From NCBI GenBank assembly GCA_050084515.1, contig CM114271.1, positions 23,436,001 through 23,500,000 on the forward strand: 64,000 nt of DNA, in the 5' to 3' direction. Below, one piece after another: positions 30,201-44,731 of the stretch. The DNA is from Blasia pusilla. Lineage: Eukaryota. The notes beneath the pieces were generated by a model, which saw only the letters and a list, made by a program, of their open reading frames with translations, was not told the DNA's origin and did no database searches. Position numbers and translations under genes: made by a program. Every line of letters begins with the position of its first letter. Position 1 is the stretch's first letter.

Positions 30201-31819
30201 AGTTAGGTGTCGCGTGTCTCTTCTTCATTCCCTCCTTTTAGCTAAATCCCAACTTCTTAATTTTTCATAATAATTTTTTCTTGTATTCTTGATTTGATTA
30301 CCACCCTTCTCTACTTTAATTCAGACATGTCCTTATTATAAGCTTGACTTATTTCAATATTGACAATAACTTTGGTTGGCAAGGCAAATCTCCTACGCTT
30401 TGCTGAAAAATTTAAACTCTTTACTACTATCTTTGCTAAATTCCTTAACTCTCCCGACTCGAGGACTATATATATCAAACTACTAAACTAGTATGGAGCC
30501 CTTTAAGAGGGGTGGGGAGAAAGTAATTATCAAATATGTGTGTAGAACATATGGATAGGCTAGATGGCAAAAAAAGAAAAAAAACCAAGGAGAACTTGTA
30601 AGGGCTGTAAAGAAAATTATGGTTTTTATTACTCCGCAATGAATGATTTGTGGAAAAAATAACAGACATTATGATTCCATCAGTTAAACTTTCTCTCTTG
30701 ACTTATTAGATTGATGTAGTCATATAATTTTAACAAAAATGGTGATAAAAATACTAGTTTTTCATGGGTTATATTTCGATCACTTATAAGTAATTATCAT
30801 CATTTACATGAGAATAATTCAAAATCAAAAAAATATCATTCAGTACTAAATATGAAATGAAATAATTTTAGGCTTCACCGCTCATTTGGGATCCCTTTGA
30901 GCAAAAAAAGAAGAGCTAATATAAAGACCCTTCAATGTGAATACTTTTCACTATGAAATTATAATTTAACTCACAATCTATACTATTAACTGAGCATTGG
31001 GGAAGGGGGGTTACTAAAATGGGATAAAAAGAAAAGTGAAGCTTAAGAGGGTGTGGGGTTTTTTATGTGGTTTCCAATGTGATATGCAATCTTTTTTTCG
31101 ACCGTGTGTATTTGATCTCGACTTATTTCTATCGAAATCAGATCTTGCACTATGCTCTTATCGTGCCTTGGTTGGAATTTGTTTGAGACATATGTCACAT
31201 AAGTATTGGAGGCTCAAGATGAACATGGTAAGCACTTAATACGTGGAGACATATCCAGACATTCGGAAGTTTTGAATGGAGATAAGTATTTGCTACTTTC
31301 CCTCTCTTTTCCAAAGAGGCGCGCCAACTGGGAAGAAGTGGGGAGGAAGATCCAAGCATTGAGTGTCTGAATGTGCACCCTGTTGATTCACTTCTGTTTT
31401 GAAACTGCACCCTGTCAAATTTCCCCTCCAATCTGTAGCACGTCCGCTTCAAATCTGAATCTGCTGTAGCATTCATCACAGTATTGAGCGCATTGTGATC
31501 ACGGTAAAAAGGATTCCTTCCCCCTTCTAGCTGTCTCTACATTTTTTCGCCTTGCATTGGTTCAAGTCCACTTTAACAGCCTCAACTCAGCACGAGCCCA
31601 AGTACAGAGTAATCTGAAATAGTAGTGCATGATTCAAATCATTAGGATCAATCAACTACTTGAGCGCCTCGAATTCCTCAAACCTCTCAGAAAGCGCCTA
31701 TTACCTGCTTTCCGCTTGGTGTGGAAACTGATTCGGATAAGCTCCACCTGCGTTTCCAATCTGGGATTCAACTTGAATGCCTCGACAAAGACGTGCGCGC
31801 TCTTCTTGCCGTTCTGTTT

Positions 31820-32365
31820 CAGGTGTTGTCTCGGAGGATGGCCGTTGTGTAGCACGATGTCCATTCTCAGCGCACCTTGCTCTCCAGTTCTGTCGCCTCT
31901 AAGATCCAAATCCAGCAAGCTCAAAAAATTCCCATCCATCAAGGCCCTGCACAGTGCTTTCAGTCCCTTCTCCCCGATGTTATTGTGCGACAGCCCTAGC
32001 TTCTCCAATCTCTATAGGTTATTGGATTCTAGCGACTTCATCAGTGACTCTACTCCTTCCTCTCTAATGTCATTGTTGTTGAGGTTCGAATGCAACAGAT
32101 GTGCGAGCAACCCCTTCCCCATTGCTCCTGCTATGCTGAAGACTCTGGGAGCTTGGATACGATTGAATGACAAGTCCATGTGCAGGAGGAAAAAGATGGT
32201 TGGATTTCCTGTCCGTTTCAATCCATCCAGCCCCTGTATGTCAATTCTTCTACCATCGTGCACATACACCATATTTTTGAAATGGTGGATTAGATGCTCG
32301 TGGTAGCGCGTATCCCCGATCGAATTGTGCGCCAAGCGTAACCACTCTAGGCATGGCACAGTCCT
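31820..32365 (-). pseudogene. Ribonuclease-inhibitor-type LRR gene fragment
   Basis: LEWLRLAHNSIGD, LHMDLSFNRI, LHSNLNNNDIREEG, LEKLGLSHNNIGEKG and LLDLDLRG repeats, with an in-frame stop at ~32012. Confidence 0.75.
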
Positions 32366-32378
32366 GATCTGAATACCA

Positions 32379-32513
32379 TTGTTGCTGGATAGTGATGTGG
32401 AGAAGGAACTGATGCCGGTTGGGAACTATCTCAAGAGCTTGAATGCAAGTGCGGATGATATCAACAAGATTTTGATGTCATTTCCTCAACTTTTATGCTA
32501 TGATATTGAACAA
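32379..32513 (+). pseudogene. mTERF-repeat-like fragment
   Basis: LLDSDVEKELMPVGNYLKSL...DINKILMSFPQLLCYDIE resembles a plant mTERF repeat. Confidence 0.6.
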
Positions 32514-32842
32514 GCAAGTGAGCTGATTTGGGCTGGCTGTGATATGAAGTGCATCCTAAAACTGAAGGGATTAGGCATCAGGCAATGACGAACTCCCCTG
32601 AACATGGAGTGGAGTATTGAAGTAAGAGTTAGCCGCGGTCTGGTTTGATATTTTGTTGGATAGATGAAATTGGACCGGAAAATTGGTGCGCAAGTGTAAA
32701 GAACCCACGGCTACGATACTTCCATAAAAGCCACAGGAGGGCTAATTGTGGTGTTGATGATTTACCTGCCAAGGAGACAAGGAGAGACTCCCTTCTTCCT
32801 TTGCGTTATTTTGATTGAACTCAAAACTATGGGCCACCATCC

Positions 32843-33160
32843 CATGGTCGTGCAAGCTCCAAAGGGGTGAGCGGATTCAGATTCGTAAGACGCCATGACC
32901 GTGCTTTTTAGGTAGGTGGAACATTATGCAGGCCGTAAAGGACAAGTCAGACTCGTCACTTGTAAGGGATAGGTTGGACCCTCATTCAAAGTGGAGAGTT
33001 TTTTGCTTACTAAGATACTCTCAGGCCTTACAGTTCGTGATGGTGCGGAGACTGGTGGAGTTACAGACTCCATCCCAGTTTTCTAACTCTCAACCCTCCA
33101 TGAGAGTTAGAGCCGATAGACATAGTCGGGTACCTTTTGCAGCCCCTGCCTACTCGCAAT
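32843..33160 (+). other. Densely base-paired ~320 nt segment, candidate structured RNA of unknown class
   Basis: At least 7 stems, many with G-U pairs on the + strand, followed by a T-run. Confidence 0.4.
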
Positions 33161-33395
33161 ATTTTTCTTTTATCTTTTACGAGAGAGGACGAATTAGTAT
33201 ACCCACTATCCTACGAGACATTAGCCTATGGGACATTAGACTCCCATATTTAAAATTTTAAAATTTTTCTAAAATTTAAAAAAACATGCATTCCAAATTT
33301 TTTTCCATCCTTTTTTCTTATTTTTCTTTCTCATTTCTACTTTGGTTTCTATTTTTTATTAAAATATAAGTGATACTTTTTTCTTTGGTTGCAAT

Positions 33396-33535
33396 TGTTA
33401 CGTATTTTAGGATAGATTGGTGAGATCTAGTAAAGCGCATTCGCGATTAATGGAGGACATGTTGAGGAGTTCGATGATGACCTGCTGAGGAGAGGGGAGG
33501 GATATACCTCAAGGAGAGAGAGCTTGAGAGCTCAT
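33396..33535 (+). repeat. Left part of the 5' LTR of copy 3
   Basis: TGTTACGTATTTTAGGATAGAT is similar to TGTCACATCTTTTAGGATAGAT (58400). ATACCTCAAGGAGAGAGAGCTTGAGAGCTCAT matches ~58700-58730. Confidence 0.8.
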
Positions 33536-34848
33536 CACTAGAAGAAATCCTTGGTTTTATGATTAGGTTATATGAGTCATACTTTACATACCACGACTAA
33601 CAATCACTGACAACTACTTTAGACAAAAAAGCCAAGTCATATTTGTTTGGTGACTAGGCTAACTAGGATGGTCAGCTTAGATGGAGGTTGGTATATGACT
33701 TGAGGGTGTAGTCATAAGGCCATGATTGACACATCACTTAGATGACGTGGAATAACGACACATCATCAAATGACATGGACTATTTAGTGTGATGTGTCAC
33801 TAATGACATGGACTATTGTTGTGACATGTGAATGATGATGTGGACTTGAGTACGACTCATCTAGTCATATGTGTATATTTTTCTAGTTACCACCAACGAC
33901 TCCTTAAGTCATGGTTGGTGTGCAAAAGTTCAGAATATCCTATCAAAATGCACCAAGTGTACTCCATTCAATTATAGTTGGCAACTCATGTAGTCATTTT
34001 CTTTTATAGAAATGTTGGTATGGACTCATGTAGTCATGTACTATGACTAGAAGAGTAGAGTTACATGACTACTATAGAAGCGGACACAACTGGTTTAGTC
34101 ACGAAGATATGACTATGTGAGTTGCGGAAATTATGTAGTCATTGCAACAGAACTCCATGAGTCATACAATTATGACTAGAGAGAACTTGGAGCTTACTAC
34201 TTCAATTTTTGAACCGTACTGTGCTAGTAATATCAATATGACTAGTGGGAAAATAAATTTTGGATATTTTGGAATGTTTATTATACCATTTGAACGGTGC
34301 AAGAATTAATGGATTTGAATTATTGAAATCCTATTTTCCATTTATATGGTGAACACTTAAGCGTTCACCTTAGCACGTAGTATAATTTTGAAAAAAGCGG
34401 AAATAACAAAATAACATCATATATCGAGAAACATGTCAACTGAACTATATGGAAGTAGAGCATGAGCACTATGTTGTTACATTGAGTAGTGGCATCTTGA
34501 AGTAATCAAGAAACTACATATATTTTTTCTCTGAGTTTAGAAAGAGATGTAATAAAAATATCTTGCTACAAATGAAACATACGCAAGCAATTAGCCAAGC
34601 AAATAATGAAAACATACTCTTGAAAACAAATTGTAAGGGATGGAATATCATCAAAGAGTAGCTTTCATACACCAAATTACGAAATGAATCACTATTACAT
34701 AGGGTTATAATCCAAATAGATAAAAAAAATGAAGATCAAATATAGTAGGGTTTATGATCTCATCTTGAAAGAGCAAAAGAGATCATGTCATCCATGAAAA
34801 CAAAGTTATTGCACCTTAGATAGTTGGGTGCCAAAAGAAAAGACTACT

Positions 34849-37800
34849 CTACTGAATCACCTTTCTCATATGCATCTCTGGCCAAAGCATGCTTGAGCCA
34901 AGAGCATCACCAAATGTTTCTTGTGGAGGTTTGTCTATCAAATTCAACATCCACAAAGCATGTACAGGTTCGAACATCTCATTTAGATCAACCCTCACCA
35001 GCCCTAAGGGGATATCTTTGGCATGGAACTTGTCTCTTCCACCAAAACCTGATATAACTCCTAACCCAAGCACCATCCTACTCAACTTTGGCTTGGTGAG
35101 TAATACGTGATCACCAATTCGTAGCTAAAAAAATACACAGGCATTTAGTTAGTATCAATTTAAATTCTTTCCACATGCATTTGCACCATTAATCTAAAAA
35201 TAAAAAATTGCTATGACATACCTGTTTGAAAGACCATCCCCATTTCGGAAGATGATGCGAAAAAATCACAAGTCCTAGACGACAATTTGACTGTCTACAA
35301 CAAGAAATATCATTGTCATCATATAAACCTTGAATAAAAGAGGCCATTATAGATGAGATAAATTACCTTAGTTATTTTCTTAGACGAGCTTGATCCGATT
35401 TCACTTTCCTGCTCATTCAAACCATCAAATTGTAGCCTAGACTTTTGTCTTTTGGCTGGTGATGATTTGGCTTGGTTGTCCATACTCACGTTTTTTGCAC
35501 ATTATGCACGCCAAAGTCCATTGATCGTTGTAGGAAGAAATGAGTATTGTTTTGTGGATAGGTTGAAAACTACGCCAAAGATAAATTCATTATGCCAAGG
35601 ATGACATACTTAAGAGTGATTCGAGTATCACCATCTGCACTTTTTGTGGAACTTCTCCTTTTGTTGCTCCGTTCTTGCACTTCTACAAACAATCCAAGTA
35701 TTGAGAAATGAATTGTAAAACCAGATTCTTCACTTCAACAAGTAATTATATTATAAGACCCTACATCTAGTGAAGCTAAACTCTCTCCTTACCACCAGAT
35801 TGTGTAGTTGCCATTGCCTCTTTTTGTGTGGAGATCTTTCTCTTCCCTAATTGTCCGGATGCAGACGTTGGTATAGGTTCAACAGTGACTATATGTTATT
35901 CAAAACAAAGAAAGTTAGTTGTGAAATACTCATGCTGGAAAGGACAAGTAGTTATAACCATTGAAAATCGAGGGCGGAAGAATGAGAATGGGCTACCTGA
36001 TGTGAGATTCTCATCCGTTGTTGCATATGGTTGAGAATTGGATGGCGGGGAACTAGAAATCTGGTGTAGTTTCACCTGCACATGTCCTTAAATACATAAA
36101 TTATGAAATTCATGCATGTGAAAGGGTTCAATGCAAATATGGAAATGAAGCAATAATGGAAGTTTTCTACCATTATGTAACTTTAGCAAGAAAACTAGGG
36201 AATGCCAATATGACTTACATCAAGTCCATCTAAACCTGCACGGCCGGAGAAATTTAAAGTCTGGACCTTGGCCCTTGCTTGAGCCATCTTTTCTGCCTTC
36301 ATTTTTCCTTCCTCGGAGAGCCAATAATCTACTAATCGATTCCATGACTCCTCACCGATATCAGGGTGATACGGGACTACGCAATGAGCCCCATGTAATG
36401 TCCAATAGTTCTTGACATTGGATCGCTATGTTTTCAACAGTTGTGCTATTTTTTTCTTCATGAAATCAAGCGAAAGAGATGATGCACCCATCTATGTGTA
36501 TGCCTCAAGGATGTGATTCTGAATAGCAACCATGCTGATAGAATTCTGTTTACTAATCTCAATGCATGATAAGTCCAAGTACCTCATCACCCATACCTTC
36601 AATTCATTTATCCAAGGCTCATAAACTGGAACTCTAGGCGACGTAATACCATTCGGCATGAGCTCACATCTAGGTTTTAAGTTCTGCTCCTTCCTAATGG
36701 AGACATCACGAGTCCACAAATCACGCTTTGTGCGACTCTGCCGTTCTCCTACAAACATATCACCATCCCAATTTTTAGATGTAAAAAATATAGGGTCGAC
36801 GATTATAAACTCACCAAATCATAATTATGTTGAACTATATTAACTATAAGACCAATTTATACTAGTGACAGTTTCACACCTTTCATAATACAACAACCTA
36901 TTCAATATAAATTTGTAAACTCGGAACCAAGTGAGAAGTTACCTTTAGATGCACTTGCTTGCGGGATCAAATTTTCTTATGGGCTTGGTGTTGCGCAAGA
37001 TTGAGACCTACTACGGTATAATTTGTCGTACGTATTCCCGTTGGCCAATGGAGGTGCCAGCGGTGTTGGGGGCAGCGATTGGGTTGGCCCATGTCCCTTG
37101 TGTCCACAAAAGAAATACAATTAGCTAGTTAGACTTCCAATTAATTGAATTCCCGTGTGCAAAACAAGAAAGGACAGAATAGTAAGCCTACGTACCCACG
37201 GGGATGGGATGGTCATGGATGATTGAGTTCCATTGGTCCATGGTGGCTGAAATTGACTTCCATAACCCATCGGTGATTGCATCATCATAGGTATCCACCA
37301 CGGCATCTGGCTTTGTGCCCATGGGGATGGAGGAGGGGGATATGTTGCGAAGGCATTATGGGTTGTGATGGAGTTCCATCCATGGGCTGCACATGTAAGT
37401 AAATTTGTTAGTAAACTAAACTAGAGAGCATTCGATGAATAAATATTACTGAAGTCATAATGACACGCTTCTACCATTCACTTTATTACATACCAATCAT
37501 ACATATAGAGATAGTTGAATATTCCTCCATGTGTACAATTACATTATCGCATCGTTTGTATTGGTGGAATTTTGTACACTTCCCTGTTTGGATGGTTTGA
37601 CTGGACGCTCCTTTGCTTGAGGCTATTCAAAACAGACATCTCATTGTGAGTTAACTCAGTATTCATAATTTTGAAATCTGAAGAGATTAACAAAACAACA
37701 AGATGTGAAGAGAAAGTACCCTCCCATCCTCCAGCCATAAGTCGTCATCCTCTTCAGCCCCCAAGAAGTCCATCTCAAGGAGTGGATTATAATAGGGGTC

Positions 37801-38290
37801 TCAAAAATATCTGAACAATATTTTTGAGTCTCCTCAGGGATTACACTTTGGTTAGTGGCCTTCTCCTCCAACCGTAAGCTGCGTCTTTGTGGAAGAGAAG
37901 GATTCTAAAATGGCAAAGGCTTGCGCTCCTTCACAACCCTTGGAGCAACAAACCTTCAAAATATGATCACACAAATTCTATCATATTTCCTAATGAACAA
38001 CCACTATATGAACATGATACACTTGACCAAATAAAGCAAAAGAAAAAGGTTATCCAAGATCATACTTACCAATCCTTTAACCCACCAAACAACTCCGCCT
38101 CTTTGGCCTTTCTCTCTCTCACTCTGCGATTCCTTTCTTCTTCGTATGGATTAGGACTTTGTTGAACATTATCTATACCATCACAGGATGAACTCTGATT
38201 GGATTCCACGTTCTCATCAGTCATATCAGGTACACCGTTCCAAGCGCCTCCCTCCCTCTGTAGACGACAAGTTAGCAAGAATAACACCTA
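34849..38290 (-). pseudogene. Probable second CACTA gene (TnpA-like position), multi-exon, decayed
   Basis: Short minus-strand exon-like ORFs with splice-like boundaries downstream of the transposase. No motif recognised. Confidence 0.35.
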
Positions 38291-38495
38291 ACTTGACGGC
38301 AATTTGAGAGTTCTACTTGTTGCCACAGAGTTTCATCCATTATGCCCAAAAACACCAGAATTCACTTACATCCTCGTAACAGAAGTCAATTATTTGAATC
38401 ATACCAAAAAAAACACAATGGTGAGTACCAAAGATACAACTATGAATTAATCTAATCTGATTCTGAGTTATTAGAGTCTGAATCAATGTCTTCTA

Positions 38496-41400
38496 TCATA
38501 TCGATGCATTGATTATTGGCACATGTTCCACATCCACCCTAGTAGCTTCCATTTTTGCATCACTTAGGACTCTAGCTCCTAAGGTATTTGCATCTGGTAG
38601 ATTTTGTGGTTCCATGCATGTGGCACGGAAGGTGGGCAAAGCATTACAAGCTCCATCTAGTGACTCTAAGTCATCAAAATAAACTCTCCGAGCTCTAGCT
38701 TCCTTCCTCATTACCACTTTCCATCCTCCATCCTCATCGGCATCTCCATAAAACACTTGTTGCACTTGTGATGGGAAAACAAATGGCTGATGATCTAATG
38801 GCTTGCATGACCTCAAGTTGGCCAACAGAAAACCCTCCTTATCTAATTTTATGGACCCTACTCTCGAATCCCAATCTGCTTTAACCCACCGCCCTCGCAT
38901 TAGTATTATGGGTTGTTCTAGAATCCCATAATCAAGTAAGAGAATATCAACCAACACCCCAACATATGAGTATAAACAATTCTGGTTGGAACTTTTTTCA
39001 TCAATAAATACTGCACCTATTCCACTATCATAAGTGGAGAAGGATGTTGCACCACTTGGCCCTTCTACCCTGAAGTGGTTTCCGTAGGCTTTCATATTCT
39101 TGAATGACAATGCCCTACTATTAGGAGGTATAGCTAACGATAGTAGGTGAGCATCCGGATCTTTTGAGTTGTCAATTGCATCCTGTGTGATGGTAGGGCG
39201 AATCCACTTTTCAAAAGGAATGTCTCTCGAACATGACTGATATTTCCTGTTCAATAACAATGTTAATGGTATTAGTACATTCTTTTGTATTTAATGTGTC
39301 AATACCAAAATAATATACACTTTGAGAGTCCGAACCGTAATTAACATAAATATAACCTTGAAAAGCATATATTGGAGAGTTTTACCTTTGCCAGTCAACC
39401 ATGACCTCTATAGTATGCAACACATAATGATGTGCTAAGTTGATCATTTCTTGCGAAAGTTGAACTGGAGTGCCCGCACCTTCTAGCTCCTCACCAGCGA
39501 TCCCCTCTTCCTCCCCATCATCCCACACTCGCGTTCGTACGTCTTCAAACCTTTTCATATACTCTGTCACAAACCCTAATGCCTCGTCCTTCACATACCC
39601 TTCTGCCATACACCCCTCTGGCCTAACTTTAGACCTTACATATTTCTTCATGTACCCCATATACCGCTCCATTGGATACATCCACCGACATGCTACTAGC
39701 CCACACATGTCTAATTCTTCTACGACATGAATCAACAAATGTGTCATCACGTCGAAGAAAGATAGAGGGAAATGCATTTCAAAGAGACAAAGGGTTATGA
39801 CAGTCTCTTCCAAGAGTTTGTCGAATAAAGCTGGATCATACACCTTTGTACACACCATTCTAAAATGCCGGATAATGTAATAACCACCATTCTCACATGG
39901 TCCTTTAGAAGACCACGGATGGAATAAGGAAGGACCTGCTGAATGAAGACATGATAATCATGTGATTTCATATTGCCCAATTTTTTATTAACCACAGACT
40001 TCGAGAGTTCTCCATAATATTTAGATGGCACCTTCAAGTTCTGAATCCTCGAAAGGAAAGTGTTCAAGTCATGGGGAGATAGACAATAATCGGAAACTGC
40101 TTTAAGCAAAACTTGGGGTTTACTAGGATAGGGTTGCAACCACAAATGGGATCGAATCCCACGGGCCTCCAAATCTCTCCTTACTTTCACAATATAAATC
40201 CAAATAAGGTCTTGACTAGATTCTCAACGATATTCTTCTCAACGTGCATTACATCTAATGTATGACGTATAAGCAAATTTTGATTGTATCGTCAAGGAAG
40301 CATGGACATCTCACAACTTGAACATAATAGCTAATATCCACAATCAAATCAAACAAAAGCTATCCTCCTCTATAGCCTCTATTTCATAACATAAAGAATA
40401 GATAATATAGAGAGGAAGCAGGATATTGGCCAGTAAGGCAAAAAATATATTATACTCAGCCTTTTCACCCCAGTTCTATTGTAGGGATCAATAGGGCCGT
40501 GTTCTCGACCCCCAATCTCATCATATGTATGTTTTTCATTTGCCCATCCAATAATCTCTCCGGAAAGTAGTCTAGGCACGCGTGGTCTAAGTTCTGCACT
40601 CCCGTTGAAATGAGATCCATACCTACGGGTCCTCCATGGATGGCTCAATGGGAGATATCGACGATGACAAACGTATATGGGCTTGCCACAAGACTTTGAG
40701 AAATCAGAATCCACTCAAGGCCCGCATATAGTACATCCTAGTTTTCCACCGTGGCTCTACCCAACTACAATTCCGTATGCTAAGTAATCATTTATGGTCC
40801 ATAGTAAGGTAGCTCTGAACATGAAGTTCCAACTTCCGCCTACCTTCCGAGCGTCATGAAATTGAACCCCTTTCCACATTTCTTGGAACTCTTCCACTAG
40901 AGGAAGCAAGTATGTGTCTATGTCTTTCCTATTTACGCTCTCCTTTCCTCGTATGATCAAAGAGAGCATCACAAAGAATTTTTTTGTCTGGAGCCAAGGA
41001 GGCAAGTTATAATTAACAAGAAGCACATGCCATGTTGACCACGAACTCGACTTGTCTGAAAATGGATTCACTCCGTCCAAAGCTAGCCCAAACCTGCAAT
41101 TCCTCTTCTCCTCGGCAAAGTCTGGATATAAGTTGTCCATGTGGCGCCATGCCTTTCAATGAGATGTATGCCTTACTAAGCCATCCTTGGTCTGATTCAA
41201 GGGGCCCCACGTTGACAATTCAAACAACGTCCTGCATCTAAACATACGTCTCATCCGAGGTATGACAGGAAAATGCCTTAATACCTTACATGGTACCAAC
41301 GTTCTACCCACTTTCTGGAACCTTGGTTTCCCACATAATGGACAAATCTCAGCTTTAGCCAAATCACCCCAAAATAAAAACACATCTAGCCGGACACGCA

Positions 41401-42223
41401 TGGATACTGTTGTAACTTAAGCCTAGTATTTTTGCTACATAATAACTCGGTGGTGCCAAGTTCCCTATTGGTAGGACCAACTTACAAAGGAGTTTCAAAA
41501 ATTTGTCAATAGCTACATTTGGGACGCCATGGGTGGTTTGAATGTTGAATAGTAACATGACAAAAGCCCAAAAAAATGTTTTTGCTGTAGTGAACAAGGG
41601 TTTGCAAGCTTCAGCAAGCTCCTCATATTCATCTCCATGATTGAATAGTGGTTCTTCGTTCGACTTTCCCGATTCTGGTAATTCATCAGATGGGAGAGAT
41701 ATCTCTTCAGTTTCATCTTCGTGTATATGGTCGTATTTCTGGAAAATATAATTGAGCATTTTATGAACATCAATGTGCTCGTCTATATCTACCATGGAAG
41801 ATCTCTCCCTTCCATCCATATGGAAGGTGGGGGTTGACTCCATTGTCTTATACTTTTGGTTTTTTTTTCAGCAAGATCATGCATAAGCCACTCCTCATCT
41901 GAAGAGTCCCATCCATCCCTAGATTTTGGCACTCGACAAAGTGCCGAGCGTCCATTTTTTCTCAAATGTGCTTCCACCTTGCCGATGGACAACGTAGACC
42001 CACTCTTACAGTCATTGCACGGACACCGCGATCTTTTACAACCTAGTACACTAGCTCGTGTGCTTTCTCGTTGCCACAACTTGGAATCGTGTGCCTTTAC
42101 TCTAACTGGGTGGTTCAAATCCATTCTAAGGGGATTGGAAGTGAATTCCTGCAAATTGTGAACTGAAACATTCCAAACACATCCAAAACCATAACATCTT
42201 GCCTCAATAACGAATTCCGTCAA
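38496..42223 (-). pseudogene. CACTA transposase (TnpD/Tnp2-like, Transposase_21 plus DUF4218/DUF4216-like regions), fragmented
   Basis: CPCNDC; FGLALDGVNPF..SSWSTW.VLLVNYNLPPW; HTLDVMHVEKN (~40240); MKSHDYHVF; FFDVMTHLLIH; RWMYPMERYM; PFVFPSQVQQVFY. Confidence 0.93.
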
Positions 42224-42816
42224 CCACGGCTGGACGAGCTATCATCTTAGATGAATGTATACCCACGTGAAGTCAAGACAAGTATGATAAGGCACATATA
42301 CCTAACATGGTTCTTATCTCGATGGAGATTTCAATTGTCACTAACAATCCTCACCGATGTGGTCCAACGCTTCCAACGACATTCCTGAATGACAAATGTA
42401 ACACCCAACTTTAGATAATGACTCAATCCTTTGATATGTACACTTCATCATGGCCCTGGTCTAATAAATGTTTCCAGCAAAGATCTAGACAAACAAACTA
42501 TAAATCTAATTTGCTGTGAGTGACCATAGTATTTCACCTTACACTCATATAAAATTAACCACTAAAGCAAGTGACTAACCTACGTGAAGGCGCAAGGGGA
42601 ACAAGGAGAAGAGTGACGTACAAGTAAGTACTTGGTAGGTCAAGGAGTGAATATCTTGGTCCCCTCCGTGATATTTGAGTCTTCCTTTGCTTATGTACCT
42701 GATACACAACACTAGTTGAGCCAAATTCAACCAATTCCATGGTCGGCTTGATATGTATATATATATAAGGCATGATGCCCTGAGAAGTATATGTTCCCTA
42801 AGAATTGTCCTCCGAA

Positions 42817-42952
42817 CAGGTACCGGTTCACCTCTAAACTCTCCCGCACGATCAACGTCTACATTGCTCCCATTTCGAATGCCTTCAACGTGTCATCAAT
42901 TCAGAATACATACTTATCCATGTCTTGGAACCGTTTGAGAGGATCTCTGAAG
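42817..42952 (-). pseudogene. eRF1: Captured fragment of eukaryotic release factor 1 inside the CACTA
   Basis: QDMDKYVF*IDDTLKAFEMGAM*TLIVRESLEVNRYL versus eRF1 domain 3 [36 protein letters not shown], preceded by SSEILSN. Confidence 0.85.
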
Positions 42953-43709
42953 AATAGTGGTTCTATTTTATTTGGATGTGACAACTTTAAATATGGCAAA
43001 GGAAATCCAAGTCCCTGAAGCATGCCTCATGCAACACGTATTACTACTACACTCCCTTGTTGCACTCTGGATCGATTGGTGATTTAGCATTCTCTTGAAC
43101 TACAAGCAATATTTTTAGTTGCCTAAGAGGAAATCCCGTTACTTTAGCACTAATTTTTTTCCAAGGCTCATTATTCATTTGAAAATGTTACTGAAAATGG
43201 ATACCCTCCATGTCGCAAAGTAAACATAATTGGAGAAGCCTTTTGACAAAAAAAGAGTTCTACTATATGGAAGCCTTATGATGAAAAAAGAGTTCTATTG
43301 TATGGAAAGCAAGGAAGCGCTCCGCCAAGATAAAAAATAAAGCAAAGTGCAGAATTACTCACATACATTACGATAGAAGAGGATGAAGAAGTTCCTGAAA
43401 TGTAAGTCATCCACGTTGAGGAATCTACTTGCTCCTTACCAAGGTCTTCCTTCTTGTATGAAATGGGGTCTGCTGAAACTCACATGACTGCCGTCAATAT
43501 CTAGGACATTCCTATCTTAGAGTCACGTAACGATTTCATCCACGCTCCTGCCAGGAGGGAGAGGAGACAGAGAGAAGTGAAGTCCTGCGAGGTTCTCATC
43601 ATAGAAAGAGAGATTACTGCTGATTTGTTATCCATGGTAATCAATAGGGCCATGTGACTTTGATTTGCAAAGTGCGCAAAAATTTGAACAGGACGCACTA
43701 CAGCGGAGA

Positions 43710-43892
<183 letters not shown>

Positions 43893-44528
43893 CAAGAATG
43901 CCACTCATATGGACGTCCTTTCATGAGCCAAACGGCATCCCATCACCAACGAAAGCGAATCAAAGCAACCTTCTTACGCATGACCACTAATGATGATTAA
44001 TCGAAAGAGAAGAGAGCGATGCAGACTGCTGGAGCACACCGCACGATTCATGGCTTCCGATTTACGTTTGATCACTTGACGTTCCTCTCCCATTCTCGTC
44101 TCCACCATCGCGTCCTAGCCTGGCCCGAGCTGATCACCAACCTATCGACGAACTACGCCTCACATCAACATGAAGTCGTTGTAGAGACGACCAATGTCAC
44201 CAAACCCCACAATCACGATCGCATTCTACACATGCTCCGCTCTTGAAATCACAAGATTCATACCTCTGCCTCTGCCGCTGCCGCCGTACGACATTAATAA
44301 CGTGTTTTCCTCGCTATCTCTCTATCTCTCTCTCTCGCTTTCCTGTCACCGCCTCCACATCACCCCACTTTGTCGTCTTTCCACAGGATAACAAGGATAA
44401 CTTCGCGTGTCCATAGCAATCCAGAGGTGTGCGAGCATGCTGCCGAATATCGACTACGGCGGATTCACTGCCAAATATGTGCTAGCTACCGAATCACGAG
44501 TCACGTAACGATTTCATCCACGCTCATG

Positions 44529-44731
<203 letters not shown>

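Noticed and set aside
27350-30450. Repeat-like sequence with internal duplications (e.g. CATAAGCTTTC at ~27975 and ~28365)
   Set aside because: Probably old transposon debris, but I could not define termini or coding motifs.
32900-33160. RNase P/MRP, telomerase RNA or group II intron domain V identity
   Set aside because: No convincing CR-I/CR-V P4 pairing, telomere template or complete domain V; kept only as an unknown structured segment.
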